Below, one piece after another: positions 28,320-37,016 of a stretch of DNA of 64,000 bases (its first letter is position 1; each line of letters begins with the position of its first letter). The stretch spans positions 1,820,349-1,884,348 of the forward strand of contig CAWGHO010000003.1 in assembly GCA_963822445.1 (NCBI GenBank), in the 5' to 3' direction. Source of the stretch: an uncultured Acidobacteriota bacterium. GTDB taxonomy: Bacteria; Acidobacteriota; Thermoanaerobaculia; Gp7-AA8. The notes beneath the pieces were generated by a model that saw only the letters and a list, made by a program, of their open reading frames with translations, did no database searches and was not told where the DNA came from. Both the position numbers and the translations under genes were made by a program.

Positions 28320-29639
28320 ATGCTCCGACGCGTGGTCATCCTGGCCATCCTGTCGACCGCCGTGCGCGTCTGGCTCGCCCACCACTACTACGGGTTCGAG
28401 ACCGGTGACGACGTGGAGATCGCGCAGGAAGCGTTCCGCGCCGCGCTGGGGCTCGATTACGCGCCCTGGAACATCCGCAATCTCTTCGTCTCGAACGCGC
28501 TCGTCGCGCCGCTGCTGCAGATCGCGTCGCTCTTCGGCGTCACCGATCCCTTCGCGCTGGCGACGCTGGCCCGCTATCCGTTCATCCTGTTCGCCGGAGT
28601 GAACGTCCTCCTGGTCTACTTCCTCGGCCGCCAGTGGTTTTCGGAGGAAGCGGGCTTTCTCGCCGCGGCGCTCTATTCGATTCACTGGCTGCCGCTGGTG
28701 TTCGGGAGCTCGCTCTATCCGCGGATTCCGGGGACGACGTTTCTTTTGCTGGCGGCGCTGGCCGGACATTTCCCCGCCGGCTGGCTCGCTTCGCTCGCGT
28801 TCGCGATGAGGTACAGCGAGATCGTGTTTCTGCTTCCGTTGCTGTTTAGGAGTGCGGCGGCAGGGCCGCCGCTTTCCTACCAAAGCGGCGACTGGCGCCG
28901 CCGCACTCCTAAACTGGTCGGCGGCTTCGCACTGGGCGTCCTCCTCTTCGTCGGCCTCTACGACTGGCTCTCTTGGGGCCGCCCGTTCGCGAGCCTCATC
29001 GAGTTCGCGCGCTACACGCTCATCGCCCGCGAGTCCTCATCGCTCGTCAAAGCGCAGCCGCCCTGGTGGTACATCGCCGCGCTACCGCAGTGGCTCGCGC
29101 CACCGCTTTGGCCGTTCCTTTGGCGTGAGAAAAAGAAAGCGCTCGCGTTCATCGTCCTGCCCGTGATCGCCCTCAGCCTCATCCATCACAAGGAGCTGCG
29201 CTATCTGCAGGCGGTCATTCCCTTCGCCATGATCCTCGCCGCGGCAGGCGCGCTGGCCTGGTGGAAGGAGGGCCGGCGCAAGCTGGTGATCGTGCTGCTG
29301 ATCCTCGCCCTGCCCCTTCAGCTCGCGCGCATTCGCTCGATCGAAAAGCGGACCATGGCCGCCGTCGATGCCGCCCGCTCCATGCAATCCGCGAATCGCG
29401 TCGCTTTGTCGCAAGAGTGGGCGTACGGGGGAAGACTCTTTCTGCACAACGTCGAGGAGCTGGGGATTCCGCCGGATGTGGCGCGGCTGCGCGAGGCTGC
29501 GCCGCGAGTCGATTGCGTGGCGATGTATCGGAGTCAGATCACGCCGGAGATGCGGGCGATCGTCGCGGAGGCAGGATTGACGACTGCGCGCGGCTTCGAG
29601 CGCGCGCGCAGTCGTCCGGTGGACGTCTTCTGCCGGTGA
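28320..29639 (+). CDS. GT-C-type (ALG9/PIG-B-like) membrane glycosyltransferase
   Basis: GDDVE acidic first loop, QPPWWY, HKELRYL; many TM segments. Confidence 0.75.
   Translation: MLRRVVILAILSTAVRVWLAHHYYGFETGDDVEIAQEAFRAALGLDYAPWNIRNLFVSNALVAPLLQIASLFGVTDPFALATLARYPFILFAGVNVLLVYFLGRQWFSEEAGFLAAALYSIHWLPLVFGSSLYPRIPGTTFLLLAALAGHFPAGWLASLAFAMRYSEIVFLLPLLFRSAAAGPPLSYQSGDWRRRTPKLVGGFALGVLLFVGLYDWLSWGRPFASLIEFARYTLIARESSSLVKAQPPWWYIAALPQWLAPPLWPFLWREKKKALAFIVLPVIALSLIHHKELRYLQAVIPFAMILAAAGALAWWKEGRRKLVIVLLILALPLQLARIRSIEKRTMAAVDAARSMQSANRVALSQEWAYGGRLFLHNVEELGIPPDVARLREAAPRVDCVAMYRSQITPEMRAIVAEAGLTTARGFERARSRPVDVFCR
28845..28913. repeat. REP-like inverted doublet inside a CDS (69 bp, in frame)
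   Basis: TTTAGGAGTGCGGCGGCAGGGCCGCCGCTTT-CCTACC-AAAGCGGCGACTGGCGCCGCCGCACTCCTAAA; same family as 20123-20213. Confidence 0.85.
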
Positions 29640-32600
29640 TTACTTCCTCGCGTGAACGTTCATCGATCCTCCGTCGAGTGCCTGCTGGGAGGCCTTCAGA
29701 CCGTTCCAGTTCGTGCTGAGCCAGAGGGCTCCGTCGGCGCTCCAGACCGTGGCCGCGAACGTGTCCGCATTGCCGGCATCCTTCAGGGACACGTGCAGAC
29801 GGGCCGCCGGGTCGACGAGCACCGCCGCGTCGGCGTTGGTGACGTCTTCGATCCGCGCCGTGGCCAGCACTTCCGCCGACCCACCACTCGGATTGACCTG
29901 AATGGCGGCGGCCTGCAACTCGGTGGTGGTGATGCGATAGGTGCGGACGACACCGCCGGCAGTGCGCTTCAGTTCGATTCGCACCGATCCGGAGGCGCTC
30001 CGCTCGACGTTCTTCGCGTCGATGTTGATGTGAATCTTCGACCCCACGTCAGCCCCAAGGCGCCCGGCGCTCCGCGTGGCGACGAGGAATCCGGCTCCGG
30101 TGGTGAAGTCGCGTGTGGCCCGCTCGATGACGATGGTCACGTCGTCCGCCGCGGCGTTTCGAATGTAGTGCCCGCTCACGACGGTGCCAACGCCGATTGA
30201 CGCGCGCGACGCCACATCGACCGTCGCCGTGCAGGTTGCGGTCGCGATGCGTGCATCGCTCGGGTCGAGCAACGCCAGGGCCGCGGTGCACAGCGCAGTG
30301 CCGGACAACCGATCGACGAACGTCACCGTGGCGTTCGCGACGTCGCCCGCGGCCGCGTCACCCGCCGCATCGGGAGTCGCGCTGATGTCGGCGATCGTCG
30401 CGGCCAGGAGCAGCGTGGCAGTGGTGGATGTTTGACCGGACGGAGCCGCCACCGTGAGGCCGGTGTAAGCCGCCCGCGCATCCTCGGGCGTCACGGTGAG
30501 CGTGCCGGAAACGAAGGTGATGACGTAGTTGGTGCTGGTGAGGCCGGAGACCGAGACGGTGTAGGAGCCGGGTGCGCTCAGCGCGGTCGCGCTGGTCGCG
30601 AACAGCGGCAGGCCGCCGAGAACGGCCGGAGTCTCGCCGAGGACCAACCCGTCAACTGCGACGATGAACGGCGGCAGCGCGTCACTGTACTGCTTCGCGC
30701 TGTCCACCACGCGTACCACCAGCGGCGACGGCAGCACCGCCAGCGTGGCCGGAACGATGGTCACGTTGTAGTTCGGCAAGCGGTTGGACGGATCGTTCAG
30801 AGAGGCGTTGATGGCATAGCTGCCGGTCGCGCTGGCGGCAGTCGCCGTGGTCGAGTACGAGGCGGTGACCGGGTCGCCGTTGACGACGCCCGTCACTACG
30901 CCGGTGAGCGGCGGCAGCGGCGCGCCGTAGAGTTTCGACGCGGCGTTCACCGCGACGTGCAACGGAGCGCGAGTGACCATGATCGAAACGCTTGCACCGG
31001 CGGCAAGGTAGTTGTCAGTCGCGGCGGCCGTGACTTGCAGGACGTGCTGGCCGGCGTCGAGAACCGTTCCCACGGCAGGCGTGTACGTCAGCAGTCCATG
31101 CGGTGCCGGTCCGGCGACGGAGACAGTCGCGTTGAGCTGCGCCGCGCCGAGGGCGGTGCCGTAGACGACGGAGGAGGGATTACTCCAGGCGATCGACTGA
31201 GCCGCCTTTTCGACAGTGACCTGCACTGCGGCTTCGGCGGCGTTGTAATTGGCGCCATCGGACGGCGCGAAGCGGACGCGCAGCGTGTGCGTGCCGGCGT
31301 CGAGGATCGTTCCGGCCGCGGGCGTGTAGACGAAGGCGCCCGCGACGTCGGCGGTCGCGTTGAGCTGCGCCGTGGAGAGCGCTCCGCCGTAGACGAATGC
31401 CGCCGGAGCCGGCCAGGTCAGAACCGGATCGGCTTTGCGCACGGTCAGCTCGACGGAGAGTGACGCGGCGGTGTAGTTGCCGGTTTCCGCCGCGTCGACG
31501 GTGAGGACGTGCGTACCGGCCGGGAGAAGCGTTCCGGCCACGGGGTTGTAGGTCAGCGCGCCGGCCGGGGAAGGTCCGGCGACGGAAACGGTCGCGTTGA
31601 GCTGCTGCGCGTCGAGACGCGTGCCGTAGACGATGGCGGCGGGATCGCTCCAGGCCAGCACCTGCGGCGCTTTGGTCACGACCACCGTCACCGTCGCAGC
31701 GGCTGAGTTGTAGTTCGCCGGATCAGTCGGGGTGAAAGCGGCGCTGAGCATGTGCGCGCCGGCGTCGAGGACGGCCCCGGCTGCGGGTGTGTAGACGAAC
31801 GTGCCGGACACGTCGGCCGTGGCGTTGAGCTGCGCCGATGACAGCGCGGTGCTGTAGACGATGTTCGCCGGATCGGCCCAGGTCAGGACCGGGGTCGCTT
31901 TGTTGACGGTGATGCTCACGCTCGAGGCCGCGGCGTTGTAATTCCCCCCGTCGTTCGGAGTGAACGTCGCATGGAGGGCGTGCGTCCCGGCGCTCAACAC
32001 CGTTCCCGACGCGGGCGAGTACACAAACGTGCCCGGAACCGACGCGGTCGCGTTCAACTGCGACGCGGAGAGCGCGGTGCCATAGACGATCGCGGAGGGA
32101 GTGGCCCAACTGATCGACGGCGTGGCCTTGTTCACGACCAGCGACACCGTTGAGGTGGCGCCGTTGTAGTTCGCGGCGTCACTCGGGGTGAAGGTCGCGC
32201 TCAGCGAATGGGTGCCGGCGCTCAACACCGTTCCCGACGCGGGCGAGTACACGAACGTGCCCGGAACCGACGCGGTCGCGTTCAACTGCGACGCGGAGAG
32301 CGCGGTGCCATAGACGATCGCGGAGGGAGTGGCCCAACTGATCGACGGCGTGGCCTTGTTCACGACCAGCGACATCGTTGAGGTGGCGCCGTTGTAGTTC
32401 GCGGCGTCACTCGGTGTGAAGGTCGCGCTCAGCGAATGGGTGCCGGCGCTCAGCACCGTTCCCGACGCGGGCGAGTAGGCGAACGTCCCCGGAACCGACG
32501 CGGTCGCGTTCAACTGCGACGCGGAGAGCGGAGTGCCGTAAACGATCGCCGCGGGATTCGGCCAGGTGATCGACGGCGTGGCCTTGTTCACGAGCAGGCT

Positions 32601-35600
32601 CACCGTGGCAGTTGCCGCCTCGTAATTCGCGGTAGCCGCGGCGTTGGCGGTCAGCGTGTGCGTTCCGGCCGGGAGCACCGTTCCGGCCGCGGGGCTATAC
32701 GTCAGCGCGCCGAGCGCGGTCGCGTTGAGCTGCGCGGTGCCGAGCGCCGTGCCGTATGGAATCGCTGCCGGTTGGGGCCAGGTGATTTGCTGGGAGGCCT
32801 TGGAGACGACCAGCTGGACGGCGGCAGTGCCGCCGGTGTACGACGGATCGGCCGGCGTGAAAGTCGCTGTCAGCGTGTGCGTGCCGGCAGGCAGCACCGT
32901 TCCGGCCGCGGGCGTGTAGGTGAACGTGCCGGCGATGTCGGCGGTCGCGTCGAGTTGCGCCGCACCGAGGGGCGTGCCGTATGCAATCGACGCGGGAGGA
33001 GCCCACGCGATCGTCGCCGTGGCGCCACGAACGGTGATGAGGCGTGTCATCGTCGCCGTCGCGTAGTTGGTGGTGTTCGACGGAGTGAAGACCGCCTGCA
33101 GCGAATGCTCGCCGACCGGCAAAACCGTTCCGGACGGCGGGGCGTAGACGAACGATCCAGGCACGTCGGCGGTGGCGTTGAGTTGTGTGCTGCCGAGGGG
33201 CGTGCCGGCCACGATGCTTGCTGGATGGGGCCACGACAGAACCGGCACACCCTTGGTGATGGTGAGCGTTCCGGCGCGCGAGGCCGCAGGGTACGTGGTA
33301 TCACCGGCGAAGCTGGCCACGACCGGATAGCTCCCGGCGTTGTACGTCCCGGCCACGGTGATCGAAGCGAAGCCGCCGCCGTCGGTCAGCGCGCTGCCGG
33401 CGGCGGCGCTGTTGATCTTGAAGGTGATCGTGCGGCCGGCGATCCCCTCCCCGTCCGAGGTGAGCTGCGCGTAGAGCGTGATCGACGTTCCGTACGCGGC
33501 GGTGGCGTTCTGGAGGGTGACGCCCGACAGCGTCGGGGGCGCTTCCGGGGTTCCGCTTCCGCCCTGAATGGCCAGAGTCGGCTCGAGCTGTACCAGCGTC
33601 ACGCTCGACTCCACCACGGTGTTGTTCATCACATCGATGCGCGTGCTGCCGTTGCTGCTCTGCCACAGCAGGTCGGGCTTGCCGTCGCCGCTGTAATCCT
33701 GCACGCCGACGATCGACCAGGACAGATCGTCATCGGTGGCGATGACCGCCTCGGTGCCGATGCGGCGCGCCGACAGCGGATCGTCGCCGCCGATCCGCGC
33801 CATCGACTGCACGTGCATGTGGTTCATGTACCAGACCTGGTTCTCGCCGCTGGCGCGGTTGCGCCAGACGAGGTCCGGGTCCTGATCGCCGTCGAAGTCC
33901 TCGCTGCCGACGAGCTGCCACGATGAATTCATGGTCGGCAGCACGTACGCATTGTCCTCGCGCGCCGAATTGAGCGTGCGGACGAGCGTCTCGCCGGTGG
34001 CATAGTTGCGAACCACGAGATCGTCCTCGCCGTCGTTGTCGAAGTCGCCGACAGCGCCGATCTGCTCGTTTGGATCAGCGTGAACCTCGATCGGCTGCTC
34101 GAGGGTCTTGACACCGTTCGACATCAGCCAGGCCTTGGTCTGGCCGGTGTTGCGATCGCGGAAGATGAGGTCGGGGTTGCCGTCGTTGTCGATGTCGCCG
34201 ACGCCCTGGATCTGCTGGTTGGCGTCGGAAGGCTCCAGGGTCCACGTCGACGCGGTCCTGGTCTTGTCCATCATCCAGAGCGTTCCGTCGCCGGTTGCTG
34301 TCTCACGAATGATGACGTCCGACGAGCCGTCGTTGTTGAAGTCATGGCGCACGCTGCGCCGGCGTCCGGGATTGGCGTGGCGGATGGTGATCATGGCGGT
34401 GCGGCTGTTGACCGTGCCGCAACTGTTGCCGACCTCCACCCAGTATTCGGTGGTCTCGTTCGGCCGGACGAAGAACGACCCGCCGGTGAGGCCCCAGAGA
34501 CGCTGCGTGCGGTCGCCGGCCTTGCCGATGTACCAGACGTAGGTCGAGGCGTTGTCGGCGGAGACGCCGATGGTGGTCCCCTGGCCGCGCCGGAGCGTGG
34601 CCGAGCTGGGGTGATAGATGATGCGCGGCTTGCAGGACGGTCCGATGCCGAACGTCTCGCGCGCCGTGGTCAAGTCGGAGTCGGCCGTGATCGGACCGCC
34701 GGCGGGATCGCTGGAGGCAGCCCAATACTTGCCGTTCGCGGCCTCGATGACCACGCGGAATCCGTCGTGGATCGTCGCGCCGGGAACGATCCGTCCGGCG
34801 AAGGACATGAAGTGGACCGTGAACGTCGTCGCCGACGACGGCGAGCCGACGATGGAGAGCGTTCCGTCGGCCGCGGCCGAGAAGTAGCCGCCGTTGTCGT
34901 TCTGGATGTAGACCAGGTCGCCGCCGACGAGGGCGCCGGCATTGAAGTCGGTGAAGATCAGAGTCTGCGACGGGCCGAGGTTCGAAGAGGTCGCGGTGGC
35001 GGTGCCGGAGACGTAGTGATCGTTGTAGGTCTCGAGCGCGTAGTCGAGCTGGTTGTCGCCGACGACGCTCACCCGGGCCCGCGCTTCGACCTCGCCGCAT
35101 GGCGTCGAGACGACCACGATGTATTCACGGGTGGCGGTCGGAGAGACCACCAGACCGGGCTCCGGTCCGTCCTGGATGGGCACGTGTCCGCTGGTCTGCC
35201 CGCCGACCGGTACCTCGTACCACTTGTAATTCATCACACCGCGGCCGGAGGCATCGACCATGAGGGTGGCCGGATCGCCGCGGTTGACCGTCTGCCACTC
35301 CGGAGCCTTGTTGATGCGTGGCGCCGCGCACGTCACCGTCACCAGCGCGTGCTGGCTGCGGACGCTCGTGCAGGCGTTGCTGACCTTGACCCAGTAGTAG
35401 CCGGACTCGTTCGGCGCGCGGATGCGGAGCTGAGGGCCGGTCTGGCCGGTGATCGGTCCGGACTCGTCTTCTTCCTGTCCGTCGTACCACTGATAGGTGA
35501 CGCCGGCCGATGAAGTGACGTCGACGTCGAGGGTGAAAAAGTCGCCCGCGTCGGCAACGACCGGGTCCGGATGGTCGCGGATCAGGATGGAGGGACAGGC

Positions 35601-36839
35601 CGTCGCGGACGCGCAGCCGGCGCCGCATTCGACCGGCGGATAAGGCAGTTTCTGCAGCCAGTCGGTAATGGCTTTCTTCGGCGCGGTGAAGCCCGCCCGC
35701 CAGATGCCCGTCGAGTCTTCGAAGTCTGCGATTCTGTAGATGAAGGCCTTGGTGATGTTCCAGTTCGCCCACTCGTCACAGCCGTCGTCGTGCGCGCCGG
35801 ACATCACCTCCACGGAGCGGCGCAGCCGCTCCATCTGCAGTTTTTCGTCCTCGTGCTCGCTGTTCGGGAGGGTGAAGCGCCAGAAGCTGTTCTTGACCTC
35901 GGAGAGATATCCGAACTCGCTGATCCACAGCTCTTTTCCGGCCAGTGCGGGAGCCTGGCGCCGCATCGCGCGGACGGCGGAGTTCAGGATGTCGTCGATG
36001 ATCTTGAACGACGATTTGTCGGAGTTCGCCCGTGCGTGAATGGAGGCCACGTCGATCCACGAATGGACCGGCTGCCCGAAGGCGGTGTCGTTCTGGATGT
36101 GCCTGTAGAGCGTCGTTTGTGCGCCGCCGGTGCCGGGCTGGCTGGCCATCGACGGTGCGACGATCAGCGCCGGCTCGATGTTGTGGCCGTCCTCGCGCAG
36201 ATGCTTTTCGGCGAGCCGGATCTCCTGCACCGCCGAGGCGAGGAGATCGCCCCAGCGCGGGTTGCCGGTATACGAGCCGACCCAGCCCACGCCCGGATCA
36301 TGGTCTTCGTTGTAATCGGGCTCGTTCCAGAACTCGTAGGCTGAAATGCGCCCCTGGGCTGCGTACGCGACCTTGTACACGTATTCGCGCCAGCCGCTCT
36401 TGGCCTCGCAGTGCTCGAACGGCTCGGGGCAGCGGCCTTCGTTGAACTCTCCGCCGATGTTCGGCGACGGCTTGGTGCCGTTGGCGTTTCCTCCCTCATG
36501 AGGAGGCGCGCCGCCGATGCCGGCCAGCATGCGGATGTCGCCGTGGCCGTTCATCTGCTGGTTGATGTGCTCGTTGATGAGGTAGAACCTGCCCCAGTGC
36601 CCGCGCGGATCGGCGTCAGGACCGGTGTCCTTCGTCTCGATGTCCTGCCACTTCGGGAGGGTCATGCGTACCCAGCGGATGTTCGCTTCGCGGACTTTGT
36701 CGCCGCGCGGCCCTCCCTGGGTATTGACGCCGATTTCGACGGGATGACTGCACTGCGCCGAAGCGTCCGCGGCAGCGAAAAGAGACACGTAGAGCAGAGA
36801 TACGGCGCCCAGAAGGGCACCGAAGGCGCGCCTGGCCAT
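29640..36839 (-). CDS. Giant secreted modular protein: clan GH-A glycoside hydrolase + Ig + fascin-like + FG-GAP + Big/MBG stalk
   Basis: Signal peptide; WNEPD and WISEFG catalytic Glu motifs; Cys-containing Ig domains; five DxDxDG.PD repeats; ~10 repeats of ~76 aa; MBG-like domains. Confidence 0.85.
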   Translation of the reverse strand: MARRAFGALLGAVSLLYVSLFAAADASAQCSHPVEIGVNTQGGPRGDKVREANIRWVRMTLPKWQDIETKDTGPDADPRGHWGRFYLINEHINQQMNGHGDIRMLAGIGGAPPHEGGNANGTKPSPNIGGEFNEGRCPEPFEHCEAKSGWREYVYKVAYAAQGRISAYEFWNEPDYNEDHDPGVGWVGSYTGNPRWGDLLASAVQEIRLAEKHLREDGHNIEPALIVAPSMASQPGTGGAQTTLYRHIQNDTAFGQPVHSWIDVASIHARANSDKSSFKIIDDILNSAVRAMRRQAPALAGKELWISEFGYLSEVKNSFWRFTLPNSEHEDEKLQMERLRRSVEVMSGAHDDGCDEWANWNITKAFIYRIADFEDSTGIWRAGFTAPKKAITDWLQKLPYPPVECGAGCASATACPSILIRDHPDPVVADAGDFFTLDVDVTSSAGVTYQWYDGQEEDESGPITGQTGPQLRIRAPNESGYYWVKVSNACTSVRSQHALVTVTCAAPRINKAPEWQTVNRGDPATLMVDASGRGVMNYKWYEVPVGGQTSGHVPIQDGPEPGLVVSPTATREYIVVVSTPCGEVEARARVSVVGDNQLDYALETYNDHYVSGTATATSSNLGPSQTLIFTDFNAGALVGGDLVYIQNDNGGYFSAAADGTLSIVGSPSSATTFTVHFMSFAGRIVPGATIHDGFRVVIEAANGKYWAASSDPAGGPITADSDLTTARETFGIGPSCKPRIIYHPSSATLRRGQGTTIGVSADNASTYVWYIGKAGDRTQRLWGLTGGSFFVRPNETTEYWVEVGNSCGTVNSRTAMITIRHANPGRRRSVRHDFNNDGSSDVIIRETATGDGTLWMMDKTRTASTWTLEPSDANQQIQGVGDIDNDGNPDLIFRDRNTGQTKAWLMSNGVKTLEQPIEVHADPNEQIGAVGDFDNDGEDDLVVRNYATGETLVRTLNSAREDNAYVLPTMNSSWQLVGSEDFDGDQDPDLVWRNRASGENQVWYMNHMHVQSMARIGGDDPLSARRIGTEAVIATDDDLSWSIVGVQDYSGDGKPDLLWQSSNGSTRIDVMNNTVVESSVTLVQLEPTLAIQGGSGTPEAPPTLSGVTLQNATAAYGTSITLYAQLTSDGEGIAGRTITFKINSAAAGSALTDGGGFASITVAGTYNAGSYPVVASFAGDTTYPAASRAGTLTITKGVPVLSWPHPASIVAGTPLGSTQLNATADVPGSFVYAPPSGTVLPVGEHSLQAVFTPSNTTNYATATMTRLITVRGATATIAWAPPASIAYGTPLGAAQLDATADIAGTFTYTPAAGTVLPAGTHTLTATFTPADPSYTGGTAAVQLVVSKASQQITWPQPAAIPYGTALGTAQLNATALGALTYSPAAGTVLPAGTHTLTANAAATANYEAATATVSLLVNKATPSITWPNPAAIVYGTPLSASQLNATASVPGTFAYSPASGTVLSAGTHSLSATFTPSDAANYNGATSTMSLVVNKATPSISWATPSAIVYGTALSASQLNATASVPGTFVYSPASGTVLSAGTHSLSATFTPSDAANYNGATSTVSLVVNKATPSISWATPSAIVYGTALSASQLNATASVPGTFVYSPASGTVLSAGTHALHATFTPNDGGNYNAAASSVSITVNKATPVLTWADPANIVYSTALSSAQLNATADVSGTFVYTPAAGAVLDAGAHMLSAAFTPTDPANYNSAAATVTVVVTKAPQVLAWSDPAAIVYGTRLDAQQLNATVSVAGPSPAGALTYNPVAGTLLPAGTHVLTVDAAETGNYTAASLSVELTVRKADPVLTWPAPAAFVYGGALSTAQLNATADVAGAFVYTPAAGTILDAGTHTLRVRFAPSDGANYNAAEAAVQVTVEKAAQSIAWSNPSSVVYGTALGAAQLNATVSVAGPAPHGLLTYTPAVGTVLDAGQHVLQVTAAATDNYLAAGASVSIMVTRAPLHVAVNAASKLYGAPLPPLTGVVTGVVNGDPVTASYSTTATAASATGSYAINASLNDPSNRLPNYNVTIVPATLAVLPSPLVVRVVDSAKQYSDALPPFIVAVDGLVLGETPAVLGGLPLFATSATALSAPGSYTVSVSGLTSTNYVITFVSGTLTVTPEDARAAYTGLTVAAPSGQTSTTATLLLAATIADISATPDAAGDAAAGDVANATVTFVDRLSGTALCTAALALLDPSDARIATATCTATVDVASRASIGVGTVVSGHYIRNAAADDVTIVIERATRDFTTGAGFLVATRSAGRLGADVGSKIHINIDAKNVERSASGSVRIELKRTAGGVVRTYRITTTELQAAAIQVNPSGGSAEVLATARIEDVTNADAAVLVDPAARLHVSLKDAGNADTFAATVWSADGALWLSTNWNGLKASQQALDGGSMNVHARK
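31980..32592 (-). repeat. Near-identical 228-bp intragenic tandem repeats (76-aa Ig-like units)
   Basis: GTGGCCCAACTGATCGACGGCGTGGCCTTGTTCACGACCAGCGACA at 32101 and 32329; a third related unit ends near 32590. Confidence 0.9.
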
Positions 36840-36914
36840 GAACCACCTCGATTGTTATTGGTTGATCTGAAGAACCGGAACGAGCGCGGGAAAGTAGCAG
36901 ACGCCGACTGAGCC

Positions 36915-36932
36915 TGTAAAGGATTTCCTACA
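36915..36932. promoter_or_regulatory. Palindromic operator upstream of the giant gene
   Basis: TGTAAAGGATTTCCTACA (TGTA-N10-TACA, extended to GCCTGTA/TACAGGC), just upstream of minus-strand TGCTACTTT extended -10. Confidence 0.5.
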
Positions 36933-36967
36933 GGCCATCCGGCCGGTCTGTAGATTCGCACAGACGC

Positions 36968-36994
36968 AAAAAAGGCGGGCTTGCGCCCGCCTTT
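36968..36994 (-). terminator. Intrinsic terminator of the PPIase gene
   Basis: Minus strand AAAGGCGGGC-GCAA-GCCCGCCTTTTTT. Confidence 0.85.
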
Positions 36995-37016
36995 CGCGTG
37001 GAGCTCGGTATGTCGA

